Positions 15,206 to 32,098 of a stretch of DNA of 64,000 nt are shown piece by piece. The stretch is from the human T2T-CHM13v2.0 reference genome, Homo sapiens. The position numbers were made by a program, and so were the translations under genes. The notes beneath the pieces are model-generated. The model saw nothing but the letters and a program-made list of their open reading frames with translations, made no database searches and had not been told where the DNA came from. Each line of letters opens with the position of its first letter. Position 1 is the stretch's first letter. The DNA is taken from the NCBI RefSeq assembly GCF_009914755.1, contig NC_060937.1; one strand, 5' to 3'.

Positions 15206-17534
15206 CATTTATCTACTTTTCTAATTTGTTTAATGCTATAGTTTTCCTCTAACACTAATTTAACAGCATCCCACAAATTATAAGTAATATTTTCATTTTC
15301 ATTTAGTTCAAAATATTTAACTTCTCTTGTGCTTTCTTCCTTGACCCATAGATTATTCCAAAATATGTGATTTTGTTTTGAGATGTTGGAGCATTTCAAG
15401 ACATCTATTATTGATTTCTAGTTTGACTTCATCATAATGAGTCTCTAAATATTTGTTGTATAACTTTAATTCTTTGAAATTTGTTAGAATTTATTTTATG
15501 GCTCAGAATTCATCTATCCTTTTTAATGTTGTAGGTACTCCTGAAAAGAATCTGTGTTGTCTTCTTGTTGAAAAAAGTGTTGGAACACTATAAATGTTCA
15601 TTAGATCAAGTTGATTGATAGACTTTTTCAAGTATTCTGTATCTTCACTATTGTCTCTCTACTTGACCTATCAATTGTTGAGAGAAGGATGTTGCCATCT
15701 CTAATTATAATTGTCAAGTTCCAGTTGTGGACCCTATTTCTCCATTCAGTTCTGTCCCTTTCTGCTTTATGTATTTCAAAGCCCTGTTATTATGTACATA
15801 AACATCTAAAATTATCATGTCCTCTTAATGAATTGACCTCTTTATCATTATGAAATTACTCTTTATCCCTTAAAATATTCCTAGCTTTGAAATCTTCTTT
15901 ATCTGATATTAACATAGCCACTTCAGCTTTCTTTTTATTAATGTTAGCTTGGTATATCTTTTCCCATCGTTTTCCTTTTAACCTATCTGTGTAGTAGACA
16001 GCATATAGTTGAATTTTTAAAAATAAATTTGACAATCTTTTCATTTAGTTGCAATGTTAAGGCCATTTACATTTAATGTGATTATTGATATGGTTGGGTT
16101 TAAATCTACCATCTTAATGCTTGTTTGCTATTGGTTACCTCTGATTTTGCTCCATTTTTCTTCTTTGTCTATCTTCTTTTAGATTGAATATTTATGATTT
16201 ATTTTATCTGATTCCTTATTAATTATATATTTCAATTTTGTTCTTTTTGGTGATTGCATTGGGGTTTACACTATCCATCTTTAGCTTATCACAGTTTACC
16301 TTCAAGTAACATTAGTTCACATAATGTGTAAGGACCTTACACTAACATAGTCACATTTTCCCCTCTTTCAGTCTTTGTGCTGTTTTTGTCACATATTTTG
16401 CTTCTACATATTTTTATCCCTTTATATTGTTATGATTCTTGCCAATATTCAAACATCTGTCTGAGTTCATATTCACTGGAGTCCAAATGAAGCACCTGAA
16501 CAGGTTTTAATGAGAGATGAAGATAGGAAGAAAGCTTGACAGCTAGGTGAATAAACACCACACCAAGGAATAAACAGGGCAAAAGGAGACTTTTCCTATT
16601 TTAAGCTTTTGGGAAAGCAAGCTTAGCCAAATGCTAACTATTTGAGAAAACTCATCTGTTTCCCCTTTAGACTGCCCAGATTTAAAACGCTGGACAGTAC
16701 ACTTACAGCATTAACCTTTGCATTTTAAAGCTACAAGAATAAGGCAAGGTGAAGAGAATATAAGATCATAGCTTTATTATGAACTAGTTAGTTAACTAGT
16801 TAGCTTGAAAATCAGCTGATTTTAAGAAGCAGGTAAGCCACTGATGTGACACATTAGCCAAACAAGTAGTTAATTGAATGTGTATTCTTCTTTCATTTTT
16901 TCAGATCTTATGTTTAATGTCATATAGGTCTATTACTTTCAGAGACCAGACCAAATTTATAATAGAAATGTAACAAAGTTAAAAATAAATGAAAGTTTAC
17001 CAAATGTGATCCTATAAACAGAATTGTTTATTCTTCAGGAAATTTTACAATAAACTCCTTGAGCTATAAGACAGAAATTTGCAAAGAGATTCAATAAATA
17101 TAAAGCCTCCTCTCTCTTACCGTCCTTTATACCCACTCCTACCCTTCCATTTGTCTGGACTCCAAAACGCAGAACAGGAAGAGATTGGAGATCCACCAAC
17201 TCCACGATCTTGGCAAGACTTCAGCAGCCATAGGGTCCAGGCTTAAGTACCCATGTTCCCGAATCTTGATGACATCTTAACACTTCAAGAATTTTTGGCA
17301 TAAAGGAGCTATTGTAAGTAGAAAGTCTTGGAAATATTCTTCTACAAAAATTTGTTTACCACAAAGTTAAAAGTTTTCTGTAGATCACCTCATTTCTGTG
17401 AGGAGAAATATTTTCTAGTGCACAGATTTCTAATAAGCTTCAGTGTCTTTTCCACTCTCTTCTCACTCCCCTCTCCTTTTCTCCCCTTCTCTATTTCTCT
17501 CTATGTCTCTTTATTTCCTACTTCTCTTCTTTAA

Positions 17535-18413
<879 letters not shown>

Positions 18414-19649
18414 TATTTCTCCAATTTTCAAACTTCCTTATCCATGACATGAAGCGTTTGGAATAAAATTATCCCTAAATTCCACCCCGCACCATGCTAC
18501 CTCAAATTCCATAATCTATTCCATGTATACAGGTTTCTTCATATTTGCAAAATACAGAATACATGGGGCATTGAGAAGTGATTAATTCTGACTTGGTTGG
18601 GGAGTTGGCAGGAGAGGTGAGCCTCCCACCTTCCTGTGGGCAAGCTCACATGGGTTACAACCTATTGAGCTCCTGACAACTCAACCGCACCCACCAAGAG
18701 GAAAGCGCAGCAAGTGCACCGTGGGTTTGCTGGGGCAGCAGGGGCCTTTCCATGCAACGCTCCTTCCAGCTGTCTTACAAGAAGAAATACCAGGAGCACA
18801 TCACAGCACTAGAAAATAAGGGTGCCCCCTGTCCCCACTACAATTATATGTACCCCTCTTTCTATTTTCCTCTTCCTCAACGCTCATTTCCCTTTCTCTT
18901 TTTTCTGCCTCTCCTCAGCATTGCTTCCCACTGCTGCTGACATTTAGGACTGAAAGGCTGCAGCCACTGTGGTCGATAAACATCTGTCCACCCAGCCTTT
19001 CTTTCTCATTTGATGGGCATGTTTCTCATTTATATGAAGTTACATGCACAATTTTGTACAGATAAGTTGTACAATGTTGAAGAAAAAATAACAAGGAGAA
19101 GAGCAAGAGAAGAAAGAAAAAGAATTATCTATACTCCTACCACCCAGGTTTTTGTATATTTTCTAATCTTCTTCTGGGCATAGATTTTTATCTTCCCAAG
19201 GAATATTACATGTTTCCATTAAGTGATAATACCACAGTTTAAACCTCCTTTTTCCACTTGATACTATTTTCAAGCATTTTCCACGATAGCATCTATGCAT
19301 CACAAATATATTTCATGTTAATATTTTATACCCTATCAAGTGCATATGCTAACGGTTGCATCTGGTGGACTGGTGAAGTCAGCTTTGGCATATGCACTTG
19401 CTGGGGTAAAAATATTGATCATTTAGGTTATCACTGTATTGATCATTTAGGTTATTTCCAGGTTTTCACCATTTTCACTAGCACTGCAATGAGCATCTTT
19501 GTGCGTTAAGCTTTTAATATCTTAGAGGTATTTATTTTGGATCCCATAAATTGAATCACTGGGTCAAATGGTGTCAACATTTCTAATCTATGTGTTTGCA
19601 TAATATTTTCCAAAAGACAATGATTTCAACCACTTATTCATTACACCAT

Positions 19650-20331
<682 letters not shown>

Positions 20332-20679
20332 GCGGGGTTGGGGGGGCTTGAAGGAGATCTGTTGGTTCTCCAATCTCGTTCCTTTAGCTAATATGCTATA
20401 CTGCTACCTATTGTACATCTTTATGTCTTCAGGATCTACCCTTAATTTCCCATTTCTCAATGAATGCTAGTAAATGGTCACTTCTTAGCTCCTGTGCTCC
20501 TGGGATCTTCTCTTCCTCTCCAATCTAACTTCCATAACATGGCCTTCCCTTCAACCAATCTCTTGCAAACCTCCCAAATCCCTTGCTTATTGTTCCACAT
20601 CAACCACCCAGAAAATCTTAACCCTGGACACATCCAGACTAATGTGAAACTCTACACGCCCATCATTCCAGATGTCCTT

Positions 20680-21041
20680 CCATTCACTGGACTCACCATC
20701 TTCTCTCCCGTCTCTGCATCGTGGGATGTGGTGTTCCCCTGCCTGTCACTCTTTTCTCCACCTCTTTGTCTGGCTAGCTCTTACTCATTCTTTACCCCTG
20801 GGCAGACATATCACTTCCTCCAGGAAACCCCAGACCAGATAAAGGGCCTCTCCTATGTGTTCCCACAGGCACCAAAACACTTATTACACTCACTGGTCAT
20901 TTCTTGTCTAATGTCTTCTTTGCTATAGTATAAGCTCAGCAGGGACAGGGACCCTCGAAATCTTGTTTACCCCTATGCCCCACACCTCGTCCAGTACCTG
21001 AAAAGTAGCAGATCTCTGTCACTGTTTATAAGTTGAATGAA
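20680..21041 (+). mobile_element. L2 3' fragment
   Basis: 'ggctagctcttactcattc...tcacttcctccaggaaacc...tataagctc...gggacaggga...gttgaatgaa'. Confidence 0.6.
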
Positions 21042-21052
21042 CATTCTGTGAC

Positions 21053-21486
<434 letters not shown>

Positions 21487-21774
21487 GATAAAAATGTCCC
21501 TGCATGGAGATGTCTAACAATGACAATGAAGAATTTCTTCTACTTTACATTTTAAATGTCTCAGGTAGTTTTCTTCTTCATGGGTTTAACATTGTATACC
21601 AGGGTATACATACCCCATTTTTTTCAATCTTCAGACATTAATTGTATATAAAATTAATATGGAAATCTAGGTTGATTAACCTGTTTTGTTTGGACAAAAG
21701 CATTTATCTGTTAAATAAGAAACTTCATCAAATGTTAAAATGTTTCAGTGAGACTGCCTGGTGTGTTTTCTCAT

Positions 21775-21901
21775 TTTTAAAAAAGTTTAATTGTAGTAAA
21801 ATATGTATAACATAAAATTTACCATCTTACCCATTTTAAGTGTACAATTGAGTAGCATTAAGTACACTCATAATGTTGTGCAACCAGTCTCCAGAACTCT
21901 T
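21775..21901 (-). mobile_element. L1MB 3' end fragment
   Basis: 'taacataaaatttaccatctta...ctccagaactct'; flanking direct repeat ttttctcatttt. Confidence 0.7.
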
Positions 21902-22094
21902 GTCTTTTCTCATTTTTTTAGTAAACCTCAAGCACTAGAAATATTTATATAAATGTCTCTTCTTTAGAACAGGGGTTTCCAGAGTTTTCAAATAAAGAAA
22001 CATCCTTTAATATTTAAAAAAAAAAAAGTCCATGGAGCCCTATAGGATAACAGCCATGTTGCTAATATCTGTGAGAAAATAAACTGTGGAAATA

Positions 22095-22463
22095 TTTTTT
22101 TTTTCTGAGACGGAGTCTCACTCTGTTGCTCAGGCTGGGACTACAGGTGTGCGCCATCATACCAGGCTAATTTTTGTTTTGTTTTGTAGACAGAGTTTTG
22201 CTCTTGTTGCCCAGTCTGGAGTGCTGTAGGGCAATCTCAACTCACTGCAGCCTCCAGGGTTCAAGTGAGTTTCCTGCCTCAGCCTCCCAAGTAGCTGGCA
22301 TTACAGGTGCCCGCCACCACGCTCAGCTAATTTTTGTATTTTTAGTAGAGACGGGGTTTCATCATGTTGGCCAGGCTGGTCTTGAACTCCTGACCTCAAG
22401 TGATTTGCCCACCTCAGCCTCCCAAAATGCTGGGATTACAGGCATGAACCACGGTGCCTAGCC
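22095..22463 (-). mobile_element. Composite Alu: internally deleted right arm plus full AluS
   Basis: 22095-22175 right arm jumps from 'caggctgg' to 'gactacagg'; a full Alu follows at ~22176-22463. Confidence 0.85.
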
Positions 22464-22834
22464 AATAAATTATTAATCCAATAAAACTTTCAGATTTGCA
22501 TTTTACTAATCAACAAAACCTGAAACAAAAGCCTGCAATGAAAAACCTGCAACAAAATCTGCATGTAGGTATAACAGACAAGGCTTGGATTTTCTGTCTA
22601 TTTCACAATGACACTCATTAATCCACAATATAGTAGGGGCAGGCTTCTGGCAGCCACAGATCACCAGACCAAGAGAGGTCACCTAATTCAATTGAACTAA
22701 TCAATTCCTTCATCAAGAATTTGAAATTGGTAGAAAGACAGAGGCGGATATTGATGGATGGGTTGATGGATTCGGTGTTTCTATGAACTAAACCTGAAAG
22801 ATAAATTCAGAAATTGTGGGTGGTCATATTCAAC

Positions 22835-22935
22835 AGCTCATCAGCACCATAATTCTTTGGAGGGGTCTATTATCCCCATGTTACAGATGGGAACACAGAG
22901 GCACGGAGAAATTTTGAGCCTTGAACTTGGACATC
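22835..22935 (-). mobile_element. MIR fragment
   Basis: 'tattatccccatgttacagatgggaacacagaggcacggaga'. Confidence 0.6.
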
Positions 22936-22994
22936 AGCTATTTCTCAATATGGCCTCCCATTCAGCGCGGCACTCTTGAAATGGGGCTGTCATT

Positions 22995-23101
22995 GCAAGT
23001 TTACCTGTCTGTCTTTCCATTAAGTTATGAGCTCTGTAAGATCTCGGACAGTATCCTGTTCAATGGCTGCCCAATGAATGTTGATTAAGTAAATAAATGA
23101 A
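22995..23101 (+). mobile_element. L2 3' end fragment
   Basis: 'gtttacctgtctgtctttcc...tgagctc...aatgttgattaagtaaataaatga'. Confidence 0.5.
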
Positions 23102-24119
23102 ATTATATTTTGTACTGTATGCAGTAGCAAAAAATAATATAAACAATTATTGACAAGAAACCTAACCAACTTGCTCAAGCATTGAAGAAATATGGTTAAT
23201 ATGCCTGAAAACTCAGATACTGTGTAGAGTTTAGCCTTCATTGTATGATTATTTGGAGAAGGAAAATGATCACTGTGTTTTGTGTCAGCTTAAACTAAGT
23301 GTGATTGATGATATAAAGCTACAACTGTTGTCTTTTAAGGCACTTCAAAGCAAAGTCAGGCTATAAGATGTTCTGGATATTATTATTCCAACACTGTCAT
23401 TAACACTACTGCAAATGTAACTTCTAAGCTCATAAACTTTGTGTGTACCTGTCATTAAAGTCCTTGAGGAGCTATTACTTATCTATAGTTGGAAAATAAG
23501 AAGGGCTGTTAAGGTGAGATCCGAGAGGTCTGATTCAGTGATACTTTGGTCTTTGAGATTATTTTATAAGTAAATTTAATCTCCTTAAACACAGGTTTAA
23601 GTTATGTCCTATTTTAACACACTCATAATCCTAATGATTCTCAAAAGTTTGAGAATATAATTATTTCAGGACCTCAATTCCAACTCCATATGAAATATTG
23701 ATCTTTAAAAGTCTGTCAGAATTGACAGCCTTCACAGCCTGAAAAGATAAATGAAAAAAATTATTTGATAAGGCCAGGGAGAAATTTCTTCCCTCGTATT
23801 ACTGATAGATGTCCCAATCTGTCTTCAGATCAAGCAGACAAATTTCAAATTTATTCATAGAACACATTTCACACCTCCTCTGTGTCATAAGTTTAATATG
23901 TTTCCTACACCATATTGTATCAAAATGCATAACTGAAATTGGTTCTGTCATAAATTGTTACAAAATGAAATTCTGAAATCAGATTAGTACTTATTTAGGA
24001 ACTGTGCATACTGAAAGAGGTTGAAAGATTTTCATTTATTGTTACAATTACTTTGCAAGGAAATAAGTTACTATCATACTATTTTTCAGTGTTAAAGTTC
24101 CTTCCTTTCAAAAAATTTT

Positions 24120-24444
<325 letters not shown>

Positions 24445-24929
24445 TTAAAAGCTCACTACGAGTTAACACAATGTATTTGGTCCATAATTCATTTGCTTTT
24501 TATTATTGGATCATGCTTTCAGTATTCTCTGAAGTTTAATTACAAAATTATTTCAATGCAATTCAGGATGTTGGCAAATGTGTCAAAATCATTTTCATTT
24601 GAAAACATACAGTATTGTTATTTTAAATGTACCACCTATATTATTTCCAAGACATTCAGTTCTTTGTATGTAGAGATGGCACTGCTGATCCCTTATCAGC
24701 GGGAAAATCACTACATTGTACTGCTAGCAGTGAAAACTATCTGTAGTTAGACATCCTTGCTTCCTCAAAAATCCTGCTTTTATTAGAGATGTTCAAGGAG
24801 CATAGCTTTCTCTCAGCAATGTTAACTGGACCGCGTAGTAACTAAATTAGTCCTGGAGGTCATGTTAATGCAATGCTAATCACCTAAGTTATCAAACTGA
24901 GACACTTTCCATTTTGGGCAGTACTCCCT

Positions 24930-25420
24930 CAGGTACAACCAACAGACACTCAGTTAAACTGGCTTAGTCAAAATAGAGAAATGATTGGCTCTTGAAACAA
25001 TTATAAAGTCCAGGAGTATGACCAGCTTCAGACACAACAAATTCAGTGGCTCCCAACAGAACGCAGGACCTGGGACCTCACACTGTGTCTCTCTCCACTG
25101 AGCTTCTCTAGGCTGGCTTCATTTGCATATTATTCACAATATGGTACCCTTCAGGCTTACCTTGGCTAGTTTGCAACCCCAGTAGAAACAGTGTCTCCAG
25201 TTCCTGGGCAGGACACTTGCAAGGCCATCTTTCAATTAATTACTGTGTCCAGGAACAAGCAACAGTAATGCCCACCCCTAACTTCAGCACATGAGGTTCA
25301 TCTTTCCTGAACCTCATGAATTGAGATGGGAAGAAGGGTTGTTTCCTCAAAGGAAAAATCTGCGAGCTGGTCCAGAAGAAAGGGGAATAGTGCCAGGCAG
25401 GCCAAAACAACAGATGCTGT
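24930..25420 (-). mobile_element. Old MLT1 (J/K/L-like) LTR
   Basis: 'aaactggcttag...attggctc...aagtccagg...agcttcagacac' and 'aaggggaatag...caggcaggccaaaacaacagatg'. Confidence 0.55.
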
Positions 25421-26017
25421 TTTCCATGGATAGGCAGCCCTGTGAGACTCAGAGGAAGTTTTCCCTTCCTGAAACCTTCAGTGACCTCCAAAATGAAACA
25501 TAACAAGGTTCCCCAGCAGCAGAAAGAGCACTTGGCTTCCTGCGTGAGGTCAAGGGGTCTCACTCCAGTCCTGCCATTACTTAGGAATGACTTTGAGCTG
25601 ACTGTTCCAGACCTATTTCCTCACCATTTTAAAAAGCTCTCTGGACCAGTCCCCACCCAGAAGAGTCTTCAACAGTGATCCTCTGCCTGAAATGCCCGGC
25701 CTAAGGTTTTCCAGACTTAATGCACACAGAATCCACTGATTTATCCCCCGAAAACTCATCGAGATGGCTCTCAGACCCAAGCTCAACATACGTCCCAGCC
25801 CCATTCTCTCTCTCACTCTCTCACACATATACACAAGCACAGCCTACACCTGTTCCTCCTTCTCCTTTTGTGTTTCATACCACAGAACCACAGTAGGTGA
25901 CCTCACATCCTAGCCAAAGCCAGGAGCCAGAAATTTTCTAAAATAACCACCAGATGTCAGCCTACACATATGTCCCCTTCCCTCAAAAAGACTCTCAGGT
26001 CTAAGGTCTACCTGGAC

Positions 26018-26220
26018 CCAGGGAATCTCACCCTAGAGTCCGTGGGTGGGTTCCATTCAGATCCATGGGCCTCCTGAAATGATATATCAAGTTGTGTGGA
26101 TGTGCACATGGGTGCATGTATTGGACATTTTCCCAAAAATAAACTTTTTAGTTCTTATCAAAATTTAAAAGAATATCCATCCCTGTGTCTCCCTTTAAAA
26201 AAACCTCAAGAACCACCATT
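26018..26220. mobile_element. hAT-Charlie-type MITE (family uncertain)
   Basis: 'cagggaatctcaccc...gtgcacatg...aagaaccac' TIR-like ends. Confidence 0.4.
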
Positions 26221-26289
26221 TAGCCCAGCACTAAAATGTCCCATGCCTCTCCTCACTTCGCTAATGATGCGCAAACACTCAGCACCTTC

Positions 26290-26829
26290 AGGTGGCTTTT
26301 AAACATGGCCTCAAATTCTCCAATACCCTCCCTGATGAGAGCTGGGGTCTACAGTCCGTGTTCTAGAATCTGGGTGGATGTGTGACTGTAGAAGCCAGAA
26401 AAGAACAGGGAACGGGACCCTGGGTAGCTTAGGAGTCCGGCCAGCTTACAAAGCCATGCAGCTTCCACCTGGTCACCACAACAGTATCATCTTTGGGAGC
26501 CCTGAGCTACCGGTATGAACTCTAACTACCTGCAGCCTCCATGCTTGAGAGGCTATGGTGGGTCAACAGTCCCCATCGAGCCCAGCCTCCCAGCCATTGC
26601 CATCATCACTAGGCATGTGAGTGAAGCCACCCTGGCCCCTCCAGACCAGCCCCTCTGGCTGCTGATCATTACTGAGGGACCCTGTCAACAACCATGTGGA
26701 GAAAATAATCATCTAGATGAGCCCTGCCCAAATCTGTGACTCACAGAATCATGAGATAGAATAAAACGGTTGTTGATAAAGCCATTAGTGTTAATGTGGC
26801 TTGTTATATTGCAGTAGATGACCAGAACG
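26290..26829 (+). mobile_element. MLT1 (F/G/H-like) LTR
   Basis: 'ccatgcagcttccacctgg', 'ggcatgtgagtgaagcca', 'gagccctgcccaaat...cacagaatcatgaga'. Confidence 0.75.
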
Positions 26830-27026
26830 TCCCCAGACCTCTTCCCCAGTTCAAATGCCATGTGGCTGCCTAGAAAAGATAGGTGGATGAGGCAACCTTG
26901 TTGAACTAAAGATTTCAAGATGATCTGTGGCAGTAAGTGAAGTGCCCAGGGTAGGAGCTGGGGCTAAACATGCAAGTTCCTGCCCAGCAATTAAAAACAA
27001 CTGGAGGCTTCTTAGAACTCAGCTCT

Positions 27027-27346
<320 letters not shown>

Positions 27347-27483
27347 TCATGTCCAGAGAGAAAAAGAAAGCAGCCTCGGTCCAAATCAGGGCACATGCAG
27401 ATCAGCAGGGTATTGAAACCAGTCAGATACGGCTTAGTTTCTGAATATCTAAATGATAATCCTAATGAATTATCTTGAGCACT

Positions 27484-28366
27484 GTGACAGGCAGAATAAT
27501 GATCTTCCCAAAGATGTCCACATCCTAATCCCCAGAACCTGGAAATATGTCAGGTAACATGGCATTAGTCCATTTTCACATTGCTATAAAGATACTACCC
27601 AAGACTGGGTAATTTATAAAGGAAAGAGGTTCAATTGACTCACAGTTCCACAGGGCTGGGGAGGCCTCAGGAAACTTACAATCATGGCAAAAGGCGAAGG
27701 GGAAACAAGGCATCTTCTTCACAGGGTGGCAGGAGAGAGCAGTGCAAACAGGGGAAATGCCAGACACTTATAAAACCATCAGATCTCCTGAGCACTCACT
27801 CACTATCACGAGAACAGCATGGGCGAAACCACCCCCCCATGATGCAATCACCTCCCTCCCTCCACACGTGGGGATTACAGTTGGAGATGAGATTTGGCTG
27901 GGGAGACAGAGCTAAACCATATCACATGGTAAACGAGAATTAAGTTGCAGCTGGAAGTAAGGTTGCTAATCAGCTCACTTTAAAGTAGATTATCCTAAAT
28001 TATCTGAGTGAGCCCAATGTAATCCATTTACAAGCAGACAAGGAAGCAGCAGAGAGTCAGAGGAGGATGTGACCAGAGAAGAAAGTCAGAGAGAGGTGAT
28101 GTTGCTGGCTGTGAAGATGGAGGAGGGGCCACAAACCAAGGAGAGTGAGCAGCCTCTAGAAGCTGGAAAAGGCAAGGAAACTGATTCACTTCTGGACTTT
28201 CCAGAAGAGAACACAGCCCTGCCAACACATGAATTTGAGCCAAGTGAAGACTTCTAACTAAGCCAAGCGTGAGACTTCTAAATTACAGAAATATAAGGCA
28301 ATAAATTTGTGTTGTTTCAAGCAACTGTGTAATAATTTGTTACAGCAGCAATAGAAATTATTACAA
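27484..28366 (+). mobile_element. MLT1D LTR, split by THE1D
   Basis: 'ggcagaataatg...aagatgtccacatcctaatccccagaacct' and 'cagcctctagaagctggaaaaggcaaggaaac'. Confidence 0.85.
27563..27924 (-). mobile_element. THE1D-like solo LTR
   Basis: 'attagtccattttcac...ggaggcctcaggaaacttacaatcatggc...accatatca'; catgg repeated on both sides. Confidence 0.85.
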
Positions 28367-28513
28367 GCAACTACTATGTTATAGATGTTATATTAGGAGC
28401 AAAGAATCTATGAGTATACTGCCTTATTGAGTCCTTGCAAAGAAGTATTGCTATCACTGCTTTTTAGATGCCAAACCAAGGTTCAGAGCAGATAAGCAAT
28501 GGACGAAAAGTCC

Positions 28514-28829
28514 TGTATTAGTCCGTTCTCCCATTGCTATAAAGAAATACCTGAGACTGGGTAATTTATAAAGAAAAGAGGTTTAATTGGCTCATGGTCT
28601 GCAGGCTGTACAGGAAGCATGGCAGCACCTGCTTCTAGGGAAGCCTCAGGGAGCTTTTGCTCATGGTAGAAGGCACAGTGGAGGCAAGCGTCTTACCTGA
28701 CAAGAGCAGGACCAAGACAGCGGGGAAGGTGTTATGTACTTTGAAAAACCAGATCTCGTGATAATTTACTGCCTCACTGTCATGAGAACAGCACTGGGGG
28801 GATGGTGCTAAACCATGAGAAACTGCCCC
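28514..28829 (-). mobile_element. MSTB-like LTR (truncated)
   Basis: 'tgtattagtccgttctc...ctgcaggctgtacaggaagcatggc...ggatggtgctaaacca'. Confidence 0.85.
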
Positions 28830-28914
28830 TGTGCCTCCAAAGCACTGAGCACCAGCAAATATTTAATGCTTAACAGACTGCCTGACTCATACTTGAATAC
28901 TTGAAGAATCAAAG

Positions 28915-29925
28915 ATGCATGGATGGATGGATGGGTGGGTGAAGGGGTAGATGAGTGGGTGGGTAGATGGGTGAATGGGTGGGTGTATGGATGGATGGAT
29001 GGATGGATAGATGGTTGGTTGTGTGGATGGTTAGATGATTGGATGGAAAAATGGGTGGTTGGATGGATGGTTAGATTAATGGCTGGGTAGATGGAAGGAT
29101 CAATAAATGCGTGGAAGTGTGGATGGGTGGATGGGTGGATGGATGGATGGATGGATGGATGGATGGATGGATAGATGGATGGATGGATAGATGGTTGGGT
29201 ACATGGATGGTTAGATGGTTGGATGGAAAAATGGGTGGATGGATAGATGGTTAGATGAATGGTTGGGTGGATGGGAGGATCCATAAATGAGTGGATGAAT
29301 GGGTGGGTGGATAGATGGATGAGTGGATGGATGCATAGATGGGTGGGTAGGTGGATACATGGTTGGATGGAAAAATGGGTGGGTGGGTGGGTAGATGGAT
29401 GGATAGATGGGTGGGTAGATGGTTGGATGGATGCATAGGTGAATGGATGCGAGGGTAGGTAAGTAGATGGTTGGAAGGATGGATGGATGGATGGATGGAT
29501 GGATGGATGGATGGATGGATAGATGGATGGATGGATAGATGGTTGGGTACATGGATGGTTAGATGGTTGTGTACATGGATGGTTAGATGGTTGGATGGAA
29601 AAATGGGTGGATGGATAGGTTAGATGAATGGTTGGGTGGATGGGAGGATCCATAAATGAGTGGATGAATGTGTGAGTAGATAGATGGATGAGTGGGTGGA
29701 TGCATAGATGGGTGGGTAGGTGGATACATGGTTTGATGGAAAAATGGGTGGGTGGGTGGGTAGATGAATGGATAGATGGGTGGGTAGATTGTTGGATGGA
29801 TGCATAGGTGAATGGATGTGAGGGTAGGTAAGTAGATGGATGGGTGGATGGATGGATGGATGGATGGATGGACTGGTGGGTGGATGAGTGGGTGGATGGG
29901 TGAATGGGTGGAAAAATGAATGGGC
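28915..29925. repeat. Degenerate (GGAT/GGGT)n tract with higher-order duplication
   Basis: About 1 kb of tggatgga/gggt units; rare landmarks recur at 369-bp spacing. Confidence 0.95.
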
Positions 29926-30854
29926 AGTATAGTAGCCATTCAGAGACTGCTAAAGTGCTGGAAAGTTGACACAGAGCTACGTAACAGTCTTATTTGATAT
30001 TTACTAATAATACAGTTCCATGGAGAAAAACATCAGCTTATTTGACTTAAATATGACATGTATTTGCAAATCTCATGAAGAGAAACTCACACTGCTTTTC
30101 AAAAAATGGTCCTGCCCTGCAGTGGTGCTGACATCAAGCAGTGTCCCAGAGAGGGGAGGAAGCAGACACTGGCCAGAGATCCATTATAAGGGCTCTTGGC
30201 TCATTAACTTTCTACTTCCATCAGTGGCCTTGTCACCTCAGTTAACCTTCTTTCCATCTCATTTCACTCCCCCTTCTCCCAGAAATCCATGATACTTCCA
30301 TTTTCTCTTCCATTAGGGCACAATTAGGAAGGTGCTTGGCACGTAAGGAAGGCCCAATAGATATTTGGCAGTGTTTATTAATGAATCCCACTGTTCTTCT
30401 GACACGTCTATCCCCTCTAGTCCTTCACCCACGCAGCTACCAAAAATATCAAAACAGCATGAGATGTCATATTTTAATGTGTAACACAAATGAAATGTGG
30501 CCTGCTTGCTACTGATTTAAGGTCTAGCTTAGTCCTGTGACTCATTGCAAGTCAAACAACAAAAATCCTTGAAGAGTAAATAGCAAAATTTCCTAAAAAT
30601 TTCCATTAGACTCTCTCTCCCTAAAGACCCTAATCGTTGCTTTCTTTCTCCAAAAACAAGACAAGGGTGGGGCTTTCTGAACTGGCTCCGGACACCCTCC
30701 CTCCTGCTCATCCAGACTTTTCTCTCCTCTTGCTCACTTCCTGCCATTTCACATGCAATCGAATTTCAACTTCCCAAATATATTGTGAGTTCCCCAGATC
30801 TTCTCACTCCTTTTCCATGATCAGTGCAATTAAGACATAGAAATCAGAAGGTCG

Positions 30855-32098
<1,244 letters not shown>

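Noticed and set aside
18752-18940. Protein-looking peptide YKKKYQEHITALENK
   Set aside because: No recognisable family, weak splice signals, no partner exons
19413-19455. Short direct repeats (also 37690-37723 and 48866-48913)
   Set aside because: Ordinary small slippage duplications in old L1; two copies only, not CRISPR-like arrays
28808-29939. 281-aa and other P/S/I/H-rich minus-strand ORFs
   Set aside because: Translation of the (ATCC)n repeat, which lacks stop codons; no gene context
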